Shown: positions 19,419 to 30,676 of the stretch, piece by piece | Numbering within the stretch: the stretch's first letter is position 1 | Layout of the letters: each line of letters begins with the position of its first letter | DNA from: Bacteroidota bacterium | GTDB lineage: Bacteria; Bacteroidota; Bacteroidia; Bacteroidales; WCHB1-69 | Direction: 5' to 3' | DNA: 64,000 bases | Assembly: GCA_023392945.1 (NCBI GenBank) | Contig: JAEWNB010000136.1 | Span: 3,050 to 67,049, forward strand | Position numbers and translations under genes: made by a program | Notes under the pieces: generated by a model | Databases searched by the model: none | Told to the model about the DNA's origin: nothing | What the model saw: the letters and a program-made list of their open reading frames with translations, nothing else

Positions 19419-21044
19419 ATGAATTTTATTGAACAAATAATCGAAGAAGATTTAAAAATTAACAAGAATAACTCTAAAGTCCATACTCGATTCCCCCCTG
19501 AGCCTAACGGCTATTTACATATTGGTCATGCTAAATCGATATGTCTCAATTTTGGTATAGCAAGGAAATATAACGGTAAATGTAATTTACGATTCGATGA
19601 TACCAATCCGGTTAAGGAAGATGTTGAATATGTAGATTCTATAAAAGAAGATATTAAATGGCTGGGGTTTGAATGGGCGGAAGAGCACTATGCCTCAGAT
19701 TATTTTGAACAACTTTATCAATGGGCTGAAAAGCTGATTTGTGAACAATTGGCTTACGTTGATGATTCTACCCAGGAAGAGATAAGTGAAGGAAGAGGGG
19801 TTCCCACTAAGCCCGGGATTGAAAGTCCTTATCGAAATAGAAGTGTGGAAGAAAATCTTGATTTGTTCCGTCGCATGCGTGCCGGAGAATTTCCTGACGG
19901 AAGTAAAACACTCCGTGCCAAAATAGGAATGTCTTCTCCCAACATGCACATGAGAGATCCTATTATGTACAGAATTCTTCATGCTGAGCACCATCGCACC
20001 GGCAATCAATGGTGCCTCTATCCCATGTATGACTATGCTCACGGACAGAGTGATTCCATTGAAGGGATTACCCATTCTATTTGTACCCTTGAGTTTGAAG
20101 TTCACCGCCCGTTGTATGACTGGTTTTGTGAAGCACTCAAGATTCACCACCCTCAGCAAATTGAATTTGCCAGATTGAACCTCAGCTACACCATTATGAG
20201 CAAAAGAAAGCTGATGCAACTTGTTCAGGAGAAGCATGTCATGGGCTGGGATGATCCCAGAATGCCCACCATTTGCGGTCTAAGAAGAAGGGGCTTTTCA
20301 CCTCAATCCATCCGTAATTTTGCAGAAACTGTCGGAGTAGCCAAAAGAGACAATATTATCGATGTGTCACTACTTGAATTTTGTGCCCGCGAAGACCTGA
20401 ACAAAATAGCAACTCGGACAATGGCAGTATTAGACCCTGTGAAATTAATTATTGACAATTTCCCTGATGACTGCATTGAAGAACTGCAAGCCGTCAATAA
20501 TCCTGAAAATCCGGCAGTGGGGACCCGAATAGTGCCATTCTCAAAAAATCTTTGGATTGAAAGAGCAGATTTCAGAGAAAATGCCGACAAAAAATTCTAT
20601 CGACTCACTCCCGGTGGCGAAGTTCGATTAAAATATGCTTATATCATTAAATGTGACTTTGTGGTAAAAGACAACGATGGCGAGATTAAGGAAATCCATT
20701 GTACCTATTTCCCTGAAACAAAAAGCGGCGGAGCTGAAAGCAACAGAAAAGTAAAAGCTACCATCCACTGGCTCTCAACAGCGCATTCAAAAGTTGCCGA
20801 AATAAGACTATTTGACCGTTTATTCAATGTTTCCGATCCGGACAATAATGAAGATGGAAAGACTTTTATTGACCATATTAATCAGAATTCTTTGGTAATC
20901 AAAAATGGTCTAATAGAACAATCTCTTACTCTGAATAAAGCTGATCATTATTATCAGTTTGAAAGAAACGGTTATTTCTGCATCGATAAAGATTCTACCG
21001 AAAATAAAATAGTATTTAATAAGACAGTAAACCTAAAACAATAA
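19419..21044 (+). CDS. glnS: glutamine--tRNA ligase
   Basis: The track begins at TTG 19413; the ATG at 19419 is more likely. HIGH motif ([12 protein letters not shown]) and KMSKS-type motif (IMSKRKL). Class I GlnRS length and C-terminal anticodon-binding region. Confidence 0.95.
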   Translation: MNFIEQIIEEDLKINKNNSKVHTRFPPEPNGYLHIGHAKSICLNFGIARKYNGKCNLRFDDTNPVKEDVEYVDSIKEDIKWLGFEWAEEHYASDYFEQLYQWAEKLICEQLAYVDDSTQEEISEGRGVPTKPGIESPYRNRSVEENLDLFRRMRAGEFPDGSKTLRAKIGMSSPNMHMRDPIMYRILHAEHHRTGNQWCLYPMYDYAHGQSDSIEGITHSICTLEFEVHRPLYDWFCEALKIHHPQQIEFARLNLSYTIMSKRKLMQLVQEKHVMGWDDPRMPTICGLRRRGFSPQSIRNFAETVGVAKRDNIIDVSLLEFCAREDLNKIATRTMAVLDPVKLIIDNFPDDCIEELQAVNNPENPAVGTRIVPFSKNLWIERADFRENADKKFYRLTPGGEVRLKYAYIIKCDFVVKDNDGEIKEIHCTYFPETKSGGAESNRKVKATIHWLSTAHSKVAEIRLFDRLFNVSDPDNNEDGKTFIDHINQNSLVIKNGLIEQSLTLNKADHYYQFERNGYFCIDKDSTENKIVFNKTVNLKQ

Positions 21045-21505
21045 TGAAAAACAAAGGCATTATCATTTTTACTCTATTGCTAATTGCATCTTTCTTGCAA
21101 TCCAATGGTCAAACCGCCGGCAACAACACCTCTGCAGATGATAGCTATCAAGTAGTAAAGCTTACCCAGGCAGAATTTGAAAATAAAATCTTCAATCCTT
21201 TAAAAGATGGAGATTCTGCTGTTTATAAAGGAAAAAAACCTTGCATTGTAGATTTTTATGCAGATTGGTGCCGTCCATGTAAAATGTTATCCCCCATTCT
21301 GGAAGAACTATACAGAGAATATAAGGGAAAAATCATTGTTTATAAAGTTAATGTTGATGAACAAAAAGCATTGGCAAGTCAATATGGCATCAGTTCTATT
21401 CCAACACTTTTCCTCTTTCCGAAAAATAAAAAGCCTGCCTCAATAAAAGGATTTGTTGGTAAAGAAGAGTTAAAAAAATATATTGAAGAATATTTAAAAC
21501 CTTGA
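21044..21505 (+). CDS. thioredoxin family protein (exported)
   Basis: 153 aa with a signal peptide. WCRPCK active site in a thioredoxin fold (VDFYADWCRPCKMLSP...YGISSIPTLFLF). Its start overlaps the glnS stop by 1 nt. Confidence 0.85.
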   Translation: MKNKGIIIFTLLLIASFLQSNGQTAGNNTSADDSYQVVKLTQAEFENKIFNPLKDGDSAVYKGKKPCIVDFYADWCRPCKMLSPILEELYREYKGKIIVYKVNVDEQKALASQYGISSIPTLFLFPKNKKPASIKGFVGKEELKKYIEEYLKP

Positions 21506-21512
21506 TCAGGTT

Positions 21513-21941
21513 ATGGCAAAACTTCATTGTTTAAGCGATTACGAGCCCAAATTACTGTTGGCTTTTAATGAAAGTCTGAAAGGAGATAAGCAATTCACCG
21601 ATTTTTTATTCAGAAATGGATTTCCTGAACTTGCCGCATTATCAAATGCCATTACATCAGACACGGATGCTCTTGATTGGTTGCTTAAAAATGGGTTTCC
21701 TGAGTTTGCAATATTAAGCAATGCTATTGACAATGAGGAGAATGCAATAAAATGGCTAGACAAATATAACTGTACATTCCTATCAACATTTGCCGCAGCC
21801 TGTCGAAAGGATGATGCCGCTATAAAATGGTTTGCCGATAATAATCTCAAAATTTTTATTTTGATTATCAGAAGCATCCACGACATCCTCTTATTTCAGT
21901 CGTGGGATTCTTCTGATATTCACAAAAGAAGGCGAAGTTAG
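21513..21941 (+). CDS. hypothetical protein with about four tandem ~25-aa repeats
   Basis: 142 aa. Repeating motif A(L/I)(D/K)W(L/F)..NGFPE(L/F)A.LSNAI. No family recognised. Confidence 0.4.
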   Translation: MAKLHCLSDYEPKLLLAFNESLKGDKQFTDFLFRNGFPELAALSNAITSDTDALDWLLKNGFPEFAILSNAIDNEENAIKWLDKYNCTFLSTFAAACRKDDAAIKWFADNNLKIFILIIRSIHDILLFQSWDSSDIHKRRRS

Positions 21942-21955
21942 AGCCGAATCCGGTA

Positions 21956-22966
21956 TTAAAAGCTATAGCCTATTCCAAGACCAATCACTTCTTTAAACTG
22001 AACACGGGGACCTGTTGCGCCGCTTTTATCAGTAATCATGACCTGATCATAATACTTCAGTGAAGTATTTAAGGAAACATTCAGCACTTTCAGGAACTGA
22101 TAAGAGATGGAGAAATCCCAATCAACATCGAAATTCCCGAAAGGTTGTATTTTGGAAGTATAGGGTGAAAAAATCGAAAAAATGGTGATTATTTTCAAAT
22201 TCTTAATTACCGAATAGTTCACGCCAGCTTTGAATGTCAAACCCAGATCAGCCTTATAAATTTGATTTACCGGAACTCCATAAGTAACCCTGAGCAAGCT
22301 GTCAGTACAAGTAGTAACACGTCCGGCAACCGGAGAAAGATAGAGAGAAAAGATGGCATTCGGTTTCCAGTCGATACCGACTGACAAATCGCTGTATGAA
22401 GGAGAAGCCCAATTTGAGACATAATTTTCATTTTCCACTCCGCTAACCATTTTATATTCATAACCGGATACATATTGAGATCTAAAACCTCCTAAAACAG
22501 TAACGAACCAAGTTTTAGAAAACTCATAACCCAATTTTGTGCTGAATACAATTTTGTCATTTGATTTCCTCCAAGGATATAGCGTTTCAGGGACATACAT
22601 CAAACCAAAGTCAGTATCAAGATTTGAATCCCAGGCAATTTTTTTCTTTTTATACTTCAGAGTAAGATTGGCATATAAAACACCGGTAGCATTATTATTT
22701 CCACCTCCGGCCCAGTTAAACAATCCTGTTTGCGAAACATTAAGCCCCACTATTCCGGAAAAATTCCAATAATCTTTTGCTTTAGGGACCTTAATAGTAT
22801 CATCAAATTGCTCTGTAGAAATCGGGTCTATTGATCCCACATTTGGAATTGGCACTTCAGCAGCAGTAAGTTCATATATTTCAGAAGAATTTGTAGCACT
22901 GTTTTGGGCATTTCCATAAAAGCCAATCAGCATAACAGCTGTCAGCAAGCACAATAATTTTTTCAT
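21956..22966 (-). CDS. DUF3078-like outer-membrane beta-barrel protein
   Basis: 336 aa with a signal peptide and the NWAGGGNNN motif. Alternating beta-strand pattern with a terminal aromatic (…GIGYSF). Confidence 0.55.
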   Translation of the reverse strand: MKKLLCLLTAVMLIGFYGNAQNSATNSSEIYELTAAEVPIPNVGSIDPISTEQFDDTIKVPKAKDYWNFSGIVGLNVSQTGLFNWAGGGNNNATGVLYANLTLKYKKKKIAWDSNLDTDFGLMYVPETLYPWRKSNDKIVFSTKLGYEFSKTWFVTVLGGFRSQYVSGYEYKMVSGVENENYVSNWASPSYSDLSVGIDWKPNAIFSLYLSPVAGRVTTCTDSLLRVTYGVPVNQIYKADLGLTFKAGVNYSVIKNLKIITIFSIFSPYTSKIQPFGNFDVDWDFSISYQFLKVLNVSLNTSLKYYDQVMITDKSGATGPRVQFKEVIGLGIGYSF

Positions 22967-23005
22967 AGTAAAATTTGTAAGTTAATGATTACAAAATATA
23001 ACAAT

Positions 23006-23443
23006 CTATTTTAAACTCTCTTTTTTAAGTAGATCTCTAATTTCTGTAAGCAATTTTTCTTCATTGGTAGGTTCCGGCGGAGCAGGAGGGGTAACAACTT
23101 CATCTTTCTTTCTAGCATCTCTAACTCTATTCAATGCTTTAACAACCAAGAAAATACAGAAAGCTACAATAACAAAATCGATGATTACCTGAATAAAATT
23201 TCCATAATTCCAGGTAACAGCCGGATTGGCAACTGCATCAACACCTGCCTCTCTCAAGATAAGTTTTAAATCAGTAAAGTTGACATTCCCAAGAAGTAAT
23301 CCTATAGGGGGCATAATAATATCACTCACCAATGAAGTGATAATTTTTCCAAAACCGGCACCCAGAATAATACCGACTGCCATGTCCATCATATTGCCTT
23401 TAATGGCAAACTCTTTAAATTCTGCTAACATTCCTTTTTTCAT
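23006..23443 (-). CDS. mscL: large-conductance mechanosensitive channel
   Basis: 145 aa. [41 protein letters not shown] is the canonical MscL N-terminus. Confidence 0.95.
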   Translation of the reverse strand: MKKGMLAEFKEFAIKGNMMDMAVGIILGAGFGKIITSLVSDIIMPPIGLLLGNVNFTDLKLILREAGVDAVANPAVTWNYGNFIQVIIDFVIVAFCIFLVVKALNRVRDARKKDEVVTPPAPPEPTNEEKLLTEIRDLLKKESLK

Positions 23444-23498
23444 AACTTCTTAATTTAAATTAATACTCTGAAATAACTATATTGAAACGTACACAATT

Positions 23499-24674
23499 TT
23501 ATCTATTAAGTTTATTATAGGTTCTCCACCATCTGTCAGGAATTTTATCATTGCATGCAATATCATAATCATTTTTTGAACAAGGCAAAAAATATTTATG
23601 TTCCATCTCTTTTTTAATATTGATTACAGGCACCACCATCCACCATCTTCCGGATTTCTTACTACAATAGAATACCAACTCATCAATGGCATCGGAAACT
23701 GTAACGCTATGTCGGGTATAATTATTTTTATCTTTAAAAGAAGTATCATTTTGTCTGTTGAGGAATCCTTCAACAAAATACCAGATAACATGCCCGATAA
23801 GCTGAGAAGTTTGATTATTATAATCTAGTGTAGGATCATATTCATAAATGCCGAAAGAAGAGAGTTTATCGCTTAAACCGGCAAAGCGTGCCACTTGACA
23901 AATCTCCTCGCCGTAAAAACCATTTGCTGATGCATTTGGATTTCCCGGGGCATCCGTACGTCTAATGGCAGAAATATCAAGGGATAACATCTCTGCATTC
24001 CTAACTATGGGCTCAACTTCTTCCATATTTTTCCTCATCACCCCTACCCTATATATCTCAAAAAACAACTTATTCATCAAGTCAATATTTTCAGGGCTGT
24101 TTAAATAGGTTTGATAGCCAATGTTGGCATAATTGAGTAAAAAATTGGGTTGCTGTAATATAATTTTGCTTAAATAACTTTCGGAAGTCATGGGCTGATC
24201 CTCTCTTCCCAAATCAAAACGGGCATCCACAGAAACAATATTGACAACTTGCTCTAACAGTTCATAAGCTCTATAACAAGCAAAAGCCAAATCATTACTT
24301 CCACCCAAAAGAATAGGGAAAACTTTTTTTTCAATAAGATAAGCAAGAATATCTGACAAGATGGCGTAGGTATCTTCTACTTTTTTTCCCGGTATCAGGT
24401 TTCCCAGATCTAATATTCTTACAGGTTTATTCCAACAATACAAGCGATAAAACTGACGTCTTATTTCGTCAGGAGCCAAAGATGAAGAATGATTATCACA
24501 ACTATTTCGGGATTCAGGAATACCCAAAATAACAATATCAATATTGTCCAAGGTAATATCTTGGGAGGTTTCGTTTAAAAAAATAGTATTAATAATTAGC
24601 TGCTTATCGTTGCTTACGTCAAAAAAGCCCAATGATTCAAGATCGACAGGAATAAAAAGAGAATCTAAATTCAT
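23499..24674 (-). CDS. arginase/formimidoylglutamase family protein
   Basis: 391 aa. Ureohydrolase-like motifs (GGSNDLAF, SVDARFDL, LSLDISAI). Confidence 0.65.
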   Translation of the reverse strand: MNLDSLFIPVDLESLGFFDVSNDKQLIINTIFLNETSQDITLDNIDIVILGIPESRNSCDNHSSSLAPDEIRRQFYRLYCWNKPVRILDLGNLIPGKKVEDTYAILSDILAYLIEKKVFPILLGGSNDLAFACYRAYELLEQVVNIVSVDARFDLGREDQPMTSESYLSKIILQQPNFLLNYANIGYQTYLNSPENIDLMNKLFFEIYRVGVMRKNMEEVEPIVRNAEMLSLDISAIRRTDAPGNPNASANGFYGEEICQVARFAGLSDKLSSFGIYEYDPTLDYNNQTSQLIGHVIWYFVEGFLNRQNDTSFKDKNNYTRHSVTVSDAIDELVFYCSKKSGRWWMVVPVINIKKEMEHKYFLPCSKNDYDIACNDKIPDRWWRTYNKLNR

Positions 24675-24724
24675 ATTTTAGAATTTGTTGAAAAAGACAA
24701 AAGCAAAGATATGAAAAAAAAAAT

Positions 24725-27214
24725 CTATTTTTTATTTTTTTTAATTTTCTTTTTAACAGTCGGAGTTGAAGATTCAATAATGGAAAGGCACTCCTGATAG
24801 GACAATAATTCGGGGGTAACTCCTTTTGGAATTTTATAATTATTGCTTCCATTAGTAAGATAAGCACCATAACGTCCATTCATTACTCTAATAGCCTCAT
24901 TTTCGGGAAAAGCGAGCAGCAAGTTTTTATTTTTTCCGTTAAGAATAAACTCAACAGCCTGATCCAAGGTCATTTCAGCAACCTTAGTCCCTTTTTCCAA
25001 TGTAATATTCTGACCATCATACTTCAAATAGGGTCCATATTTTCCCACTGCAACAGTCACTTCTTTATCCTTATAATTTCCAAGTAAACGAGGTGCCCTT
25101 TCCTGATCAATTTTATTCTTCTCTTCAATTAACTCAAGACATCTTTCATAGGATACCTCTGTCGGCTCTTCTCCTTTGGGTAAAGAGACAAACTTATTAT
25201 CATAACGGATATAAGGACCAAATTTCCCGATACCGACAATCAGATCATGTTCATTATACTGACCCACAATTCTTGGAAGTTTAAACAATTCCAGTGCCTC
25301 TTCCAGCGTGATGGTATCAAGGAACTGGGTTGACTTTAATCTGGCATAGCGAGGTTTTTCATCTTCATAATTTTCTCCGATTTGCACCATTGGACCATAC
25401 TTTCCAAGTTTTACAAAGACATTTTTACCCGAACGGGGATCTTGTCCGAGCGACCTCTCCCCACTAGCTTTGGTTGAATAGGTTATTGCCTGTTCAATAG
25501 ACTTATGAAAATCGGCATAAAAAGTTTCAATCATTTTTTGCCATGATATCTGACCATCCGCAATATCGTCAAATTCCTTTTCAACTTTGGCAGTAAAACT
25601 ATAATCAATAATTTTATCAAAATTGGACTGTAAATAATCATTTACAACTTTTCCAATGTCTGTAGGGAAAAGCTTATCCTTTTCATATCCATACTTTTCC
25701 TTTTTGGTTTCAATTTTGACAATATTATTTTTTAAAAACAGTTGTGTGTAATTTCTTTCATTTCCGGGTCTGCTTTCCTTAACCACATAAGATCTTTTTT
25801 GAATCGTGGAAATGGTCGGGGCATAGGTAGAAGGACGGCCAATGCCAAGCTCTTCCAGTTTTTTAACCAAACTTGCCTCTGTATATCTAACCGGGGGTGT
25901 TGCAAACTTCTGAGTAGCCGTAATTTCTTTATATAAAAGAGATTCTCCAATATTCAAAGCCGGCAATAATCCTTTAACCTCTTCATCTTCTTCATCCTTA
26001 GATTCAATATAGATTTTAAGAAATCCAGGGAATAGCACTACCTCTCCGGAAGATATAAATTTCTCTTTTCTATTTGAAATTGGAATCGTAATAACCGTCT
26101 TTTCTGTTTCTGCATCACTCATTTGGGAGGCTATCGTTCTTTTCCAGATTAATTCATATAACCTTTTGGCAAAAGTATCTCCCGGGATAGTATGATTAGC
26201 CATAACCGTAGGCCGGATTGCTTCGTGTGCTTCCTGTGCTCCTTTGGTCTTGGTAACATACTTTCTATATTTAAAATACTCCTTTCCAAAGAGCGTTGTA
26301 ATTTCTTCTTTTGCAGAGGCAATAGCATAATCTGACAGCACAACAGAGTCGGTTCTCATATAGGTAATATAACCCGCTTCGTACAATTGTTGAGCAATAA
26401 CCATTGTTTTACTTACTGAAAAGCCAAGCTTACGTGAAGCTTCTTGTTGCAGAGTAGAAGTAGTAAAAGGAGCAGAAGGTGATTTTTTTCCCGGATTTTT
26501 TTCAACAGCAGCAACAGAGAAAGTGGCATTTTTACAATCTTCCAGAAAAGAAGCAGCGTCTTCATCCCCATTAAATTTTTGATTTAATTCAGCCTCCAGT
26601 TCAATTTTCTCATCTTTTGCAGGATGAAACAATCCTACAACTTTATAAGAAGAGTCTGATTTAAATTTATGAATTTCATTTTCCCGCTCAACAATTAATT
26701 TAACTGCAACCGACTGAACTCTACCCGCTGATAGTTGGGGTTTAACTTTTCGCCAAAGAACCGGAGAAAGCTCAAATCCGACCAATCTGTCCAAAATTCT
26801 TCGGGCTTGTTGTGCATTTACAAGGTCAACATCAAGTTGACGGGGAGATGCCAATGCTTTTTCTATTGCAGATTTGGTGATTTCATGAAATACAATTCTT
26901 TTAATCTTATCTTTTGGGATATTAGCAGATTCAATAAGATGCCAGGAAATGGCTTCTCCTTCGCGGTCATCATCAGTTGCAAGCCATACAGTATCGGCAT
27001 TAGCAGACATTTTTCCAATATCGGCAACCAATTTCTTTTTGTCGCTAAGTATTTCATAAAGGGGCTCAAATCCCTTTTCCACGTTAATTCCCAAATCCTT
27101 TTGAGGCAAATCACGCACATGTCCCTTACTTGAAATAACTTCAAACTCTTTTCCAATAAACTTTTGAATAGTTTTAGCTTTTGCCGGAGATTCAACAATG
27201 ATAAGATTTTTCAT
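24725..27214 (-). CDS. topA: DNA topoisomerase I
   Basis: 829 aa. Toprim start MKNLIIVESPAKAKTIQKF, catalytic region ITYMRTDS, C-terminal repeated domains. Confidence 0.95.
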   Translation of the reverse strand: MKNLIIVESPAKAKTIQKFIGKEFEVISSKGHVRDLPQKDLGINVEKGFEPLYEILSDKKKLVADIGKMSANADTVWLATDDDREGEAISWHLIESANIPKDKIKRIVFHEITKSAIEKALASPRQLDVDLVNAQQARRILDRLVGFELSPVLWRKVKPQLSAGRVQSVAVKLIVERENEIHKFKSDSSYKVVGLFHPAKDEKIELEAELNQKFNGDEDAASFLEDCKNATFSVAAVEKNPGKKSPSAPFTTSTLQQEASRKLGFSVSKTMVIAQQLYEAGYITYMRTDSVVLSDYAIASAKEEITTLFGKEYFKYRKYVTKTKGAQEAHEAIRPTVMANHTIPGDTFAKRLYELIWKRTIASQMSDAETEKTVITIPISNRKEKFISSGEVVLFPGFLKIYIESKDEEDEEVKGLLPALNIGESLLYKEITATQKFATPPVRYTEASLVKKLEELGIGRPSTYAPTISTIQKRSYVVKESRPGNERNYTQLFLKNNIVKIETKKEKYGYEKDKLFPTDIGKVVNDYLQSNFDKIIDYSFTAKVEKEFDDIADGQISWQKMIETFYADFHKSIEQAITYSTKASGERSLGQDPRSGKNVFVKLGKYGPMVQIGENYEDEKPRYARLKSTQFLDTITLEEALELFKLPRIVGQYNEHDLIVGIGKFGPYIRYDNKFVSLPKGEEPTEVSYERCLELIEEKNKIDQERAPRLLGNYKDKEVTVAVGKYGPYLKYDGQNITLEKGTKVAEMTLDQAVEFILNGKNKNLLLAFPENEAIRVMNGRYGAYLTNGSNNYKIPKGVTPELLSYQECLSIIESSTPTVKKKIKKNKK

Positions 27215-27279
27215 TCTATTTATTTAGTTTTCAATTTTGCAATTTTCTTTTTTTATTTTTTAACCCAAAAGGATATTAC

Positions 27280-27843
27280 TTATAAAGAATGACCCAGCAA
27301 TTCTTCAGCCGTTTTAAAATCCTTCTTACTTATATGCTTCCTAATAATGGCAGATCTGACTACACAATCTTTAACAATATATTCAGGAATCTTGATTATC
27401 TCAATATTTTCTCTTTTGGCGATATCAACGACTGTATCATAATTTCCTTCCCTATTTTTGCCAAAAGAATGATTTGGTCCCATCACGATGGCTTTTGCAC
27501 GAATAGTATTGACAATGATTTTCTCAAAATATTCAGTAGAAGACATTTCAGAAAATTCTTTTGTAAAAGGAATGATTATTAAATAATCAATTTTCTCCTT
27601 TTCAAGAAGTTTTATTTTTTCTTCAGGAGTATTGATGAGGAAAAAGTCTGAATTTGGATTTAGCAGTTGCTGCGGATGAGGATCAAAAGTAATCACAACG
27701 CTCACCCCATTTAATCGGGCAGCGCTGTCTTTAAGTTGTTGTAGTATTTTGCGATGTCCTAAATGAACTCCATCAAAGGAGCCCACCGTAACAACCGGAT
27801 TCACAAATTTCGGAATTATATCAATTGAAGTAATAATTTGCAT
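27280..27843 (-). CDS. FAD synthetase (FMN adenylyltransferase) domain protein without a riboflavin-kinase domain
   Basis: 187 aa. VTVGSFDGVHLGHRKIL nucleotidyltransferase motif. The ORF stops where bifunctional RibF would continue into the kinase domain. Confidence 0.7.
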   Translation of the reverse strand: MQIITSIDIIPKFVNPVVTVGSFDGVHLGHRKILQQLKDSAARLNGVSVVITFDPHPQQLLNPNSDFFLINTPEEKIKLLEKEKIDYLIIIPFTKEFSEMSSTEYFEKIIVNTIRAKAIVMGPNHSFGKNREGNYDTVVDIAKRENIEIIKIPEYIVKDCVVRSAIIRKHISKKDFKTAEELLGHSL

Positions 27844-27874
27844 AGTATATTTCCAAGTCTGATTTTGAGTTTTT

Positions 27875-30334
27875 TTATCTTAATCTTGCTCCAATCTCTT
27901 TTTCATAAGCGGCAATTAATTTACTCATAACTTTATTAATCTCTTCCTCACTTAATGTTCTTTCATTATGTTGAAGAATAAACTGAAGCGCATAAGACTT
28001 CTTCCCTGCTTCAATCTGATCTCCTTCATAAACATCAAACAACCTTACTTGTTTTAATAATTTTGAGCCATACTTAATTGCAATAAATTCAAGTTTTTCA
28101 TAACTAATATCACGGTCAATGACCAGGGCCAAATCTCTTTTCACTTCAGGGGCAAGTGAAATCTGCCGATATTCAACTTCCGATTTAAAGCAATTGGGAT
28201 AAAGCATATCCAAATAGATTTCAGCATAATAAACCGGCTTTTTAATATCAAAGTATTTTAACACCTTGGGGCCAATTTTACCCATTTTAAGAATCTGATT
28301 TTCCCCTAAAAAGTAACATAAGTTTTCCATAAAAAGAGTTGAATCGTCCACAGAAGTAGTCAGCTGCAAAATGGGGAAATTTAAAATCCTGAAAAGATTA
28401 TGCACATAATTCTTTAACAGGAAGAAATCCATCTCCTGAGCTGCTTGGCACCAATTAGCGTTTCCGGAATTACCGGTTAGAAAGATGCTTAAAACAGGAT
28501 TTTCAATAAAACGGTTAGAAACGACATCTTCTTTAGTTGCCGTCATATTTTTTTGGTAACAATTGCCGAATTCAAATAATTTGAGATTTGGATTCTTATT
28601 ATTGATGTTTCGGACAATATTTTCAAGTCCGGAAAACAACAGAGACTGACGAAGCACACTCAACTCACTGCTTAGGGGATTCAAAATGGCAACTGTTCTG
28701 TTTTCATCAATAAAATCGAAACTTTGAGAATATGATTTTTTAGTAAGAGAATTGTTCATTATTTCAAAAAAACCATTGCCTGCAAGATATTGAGAGATTA
28801 TTTTCTGAAAATCAGAATTTAAGATTTTTTTATCGACCGAGAGTTTATAGGTCATGGTATCGGGAATCTCGATATTGTTATAACCATATATTCTTAAAAT
28901 CTCTTCAATCAAATCGATAGGTCTGGTCACATCATTTTTGTTAAGAGGAATCGTAACCATCAACTGTTCTTCTCTATTGGCATGTACTTCCATCCCAAGC
29001 AACAATAAAATATTGGAGACCAACTGTCTGTCAATATCCTTCCCGGCTACTCTGTTAATTTCATCAAAGCTGAGAATTATTTTTTTGCGTTCAATTTCAG
29101 TCGGGTATATATCAGTAATTACAGATATTTTAGTAGCACCGGTCAATTCCTGAATCAGGTTAACAGCTCTTTTGATGGCATATTTAGTTATTTCGGGATC
29201 ACAACCACGTTCATATCTGAAAGAGGCATCTGTTTTAAGATTGTGCCGTTTAGAAGTTTTTCTGATAGAACAGGGATTGAAATAAGCACTTTCCAAAAAT
29301 ACATTTTTCGTATTAAAAGTAACACCTGACTTAACGCCGCCATAAACTCCGGCGATGCACATTCCCTCTTCTTCATTGCAAATCATGAGATCTTCACTAC
29401 TTAGTTTTACTTCATGACCATCCAAAGTTGTAAAAGGAGTTCCTTCAGGGAGTTTTTTTATAATTACTTTATTTCCGATTATTTTGTCAGCATCAAATGC
29501 ATGAAGTGGCTGCCCAATTTCGAACATTATATATTGAGTAACATCCACCACATTATTGATAGGGCGGCAACCTATTGATCGCAATCTGTTTTTAAGCCAC
29601 TCGGGGGATTCTCCTACTTCAACATCATGAATGGTCAATCCTGTATAACGCGGACAACCAATTTTATCTTCAAGAACAATATCTACAGCGCTCATTTTAG
29701 CAGACGGGATATAGTCTTCAACATTGGGATAAATAATGGGAGAACAGGGTATATTATTTACTTTAAGAACGGCATACAAATCTCTGGCAACTCCAAAATG
29801 AGATATTGCATCACTTCGGTTTGGAGTAAGTCCAATATCAAAAATGGCATCATTCTCGACCTTAAAATAGGCGGCAGCAAGAGTTCCGGGTTTAGCATTT
29901 GCATCCAGCACCATTATTCCGTCGTGAGAGGACCCAATTCCAATTTCATCTTCAGCACAAATCATTCCTTCGGAAACAACCCCTCTTATTTTTGATTTTT
30001 TAATTACAAAAGAATCCTGATCATGATATACAACAGCTCCAATAGTTGCAACCACTACTTTTTGTCCTTGTGCAACATTAGCAGCTCCGCAAACTATAGT
30101 AAGCGGTTGCATTGTCCCTGTATTCACAGTGGTAATATGAAGATGATCGGAGTCAGGATGATTCTCACAAGTTAGTACTTCTCCAATTACAAAACCATCC
30201 AAACCACCTTTTACTGTTTCGAAATCTTCAAAACATTCAACTTCCAGACCACAATCTGTCAAATACTTAGCAGTATCCTCGAGGGACAAATCGAAATTTA
30301 TATATTGTTTGAGCCAATTAAAAGAGATTTTCAT
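27875..30334 (-). CDS. pheT: phenylalanine--tRNA ligase beta subunit
   Basis: 819 aa. MKISFNWLKQYI start, tRNA-binding/B3-4/B5/FDX-ACB domain order, C-terminal RLFDVYEG motif. Confidence 0.95.
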   Translation of the reverse strand: MKISFNWLKQYINFDLSLEDTAKYLTDCGLEVECFEDFETVKGGLDGFVIGEVLTCENHPDSDHLHITTVNTGTMQPLTIVCGAANVAQGQKVVVATIGAVVYHDQDSFVIKKSKIRGVVSEGMICAEDEIGIGSSHDGIMVLDANAKPGTLAAAYFKVENDAIFDIGLTPNRSDAISHFGVARDLYAVLKVNNIPCSPIIYPNVEDYIPSAKMSAVDIVLEDKIGCPRYTGLTIHDVEVGESPEWLKNRLRSIGCRPINNVVDVTQYIMFEIGQPLHAFDADKIIGNKVIIKKLPEGTPFTTLDGHEVKLSSEDLMICNEEEGMCIAGVYGGVKSGVTFNTKNVFLESAYFNPCSIRKTSKRHNLKTDASFRYERGCDPEITKYAIKRAVNLIQELTGATKISVITDIYPTEIERKKIILSFDEINRVAGKDIDRQLVSNILLLLGMEVHANREEQLMVTIPLNKNDVTRPIDLIEEILRIYGYNNIEIPDTMTYKLSVDKKILNSDFQKIISQYLAGNGFFEIMNNSLTKKSYSQSFDFIDENRTVAILNPLSSELSVLRQSLLFSGLENIVRNINNKNPNLKLFEFGNCYQKNMTATKEDVVSNRFIENPVLSIFLTGNSGNANWCQAAQEMDFFLLKNYVHNLFRILNFPILQLTTSVDDSTLFMENLCYFLGENQILKMGKIGPKVLKYFDIKKPVYYAEIYLDMLYPNCFKSEVEYRQISLAPEVKRDLALVIDRDISYEKLEFIAIKYGSKLLKQVRLFDVYEGDQIEAGKKSYALQFILQHNERTLSEEEINKVMSKLIAAYEKEIGARLR

Positions 30335-30435
30335 ACATCAAACACATTTAGTTACAATAAAATTATATTTTCAAAAAAATTGGCTGCAAAGATAATATAT
30401 ATATATTAAATATTAAAAATACGCCCTAAATTATA

Positions 30436-30666
30436 TTATGGGACAGGGTCATAACCACTTCCACCCCAAGGATTACACGACAACAAACGTTTAATAGTCA
30501 ACCACCCTCCTTTAAAAGCTCCATGTTTAGTAATGGCTTCAATGCCATAATTTGAGCAAGTGGGCAGATAACGACACTGACGCCCCAGAAAAGGAGATAG
30601 CGTTACCTGATACAGTTTAATCACCAAGATAAAAAAGGAAGACAATAAATGATTTATTTTATTCAT
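30436..30666 (-). CDS. yidD: membrane protein insertion efficiency factor YidD
   Basis: 76 aa. [27 protein letters not shown]...GGSGYDPVP. Confidence 0.9.
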   Translation of the reverse strand: MNKINHLLSSFFILVIKLYQVTLSPFLGRQCRYLPTCSNYGIEAITKHGAFKGGWLTIKRLLSCNPWGGSGYDPVP

Positions 30667-30676
30667 ATAAGTGATA

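Noticed and set aside
19695-20237. 180-aa minus-strand ORF
   Set aside because: It lies entirely antisense within glnS, whose identity is unambiguous.
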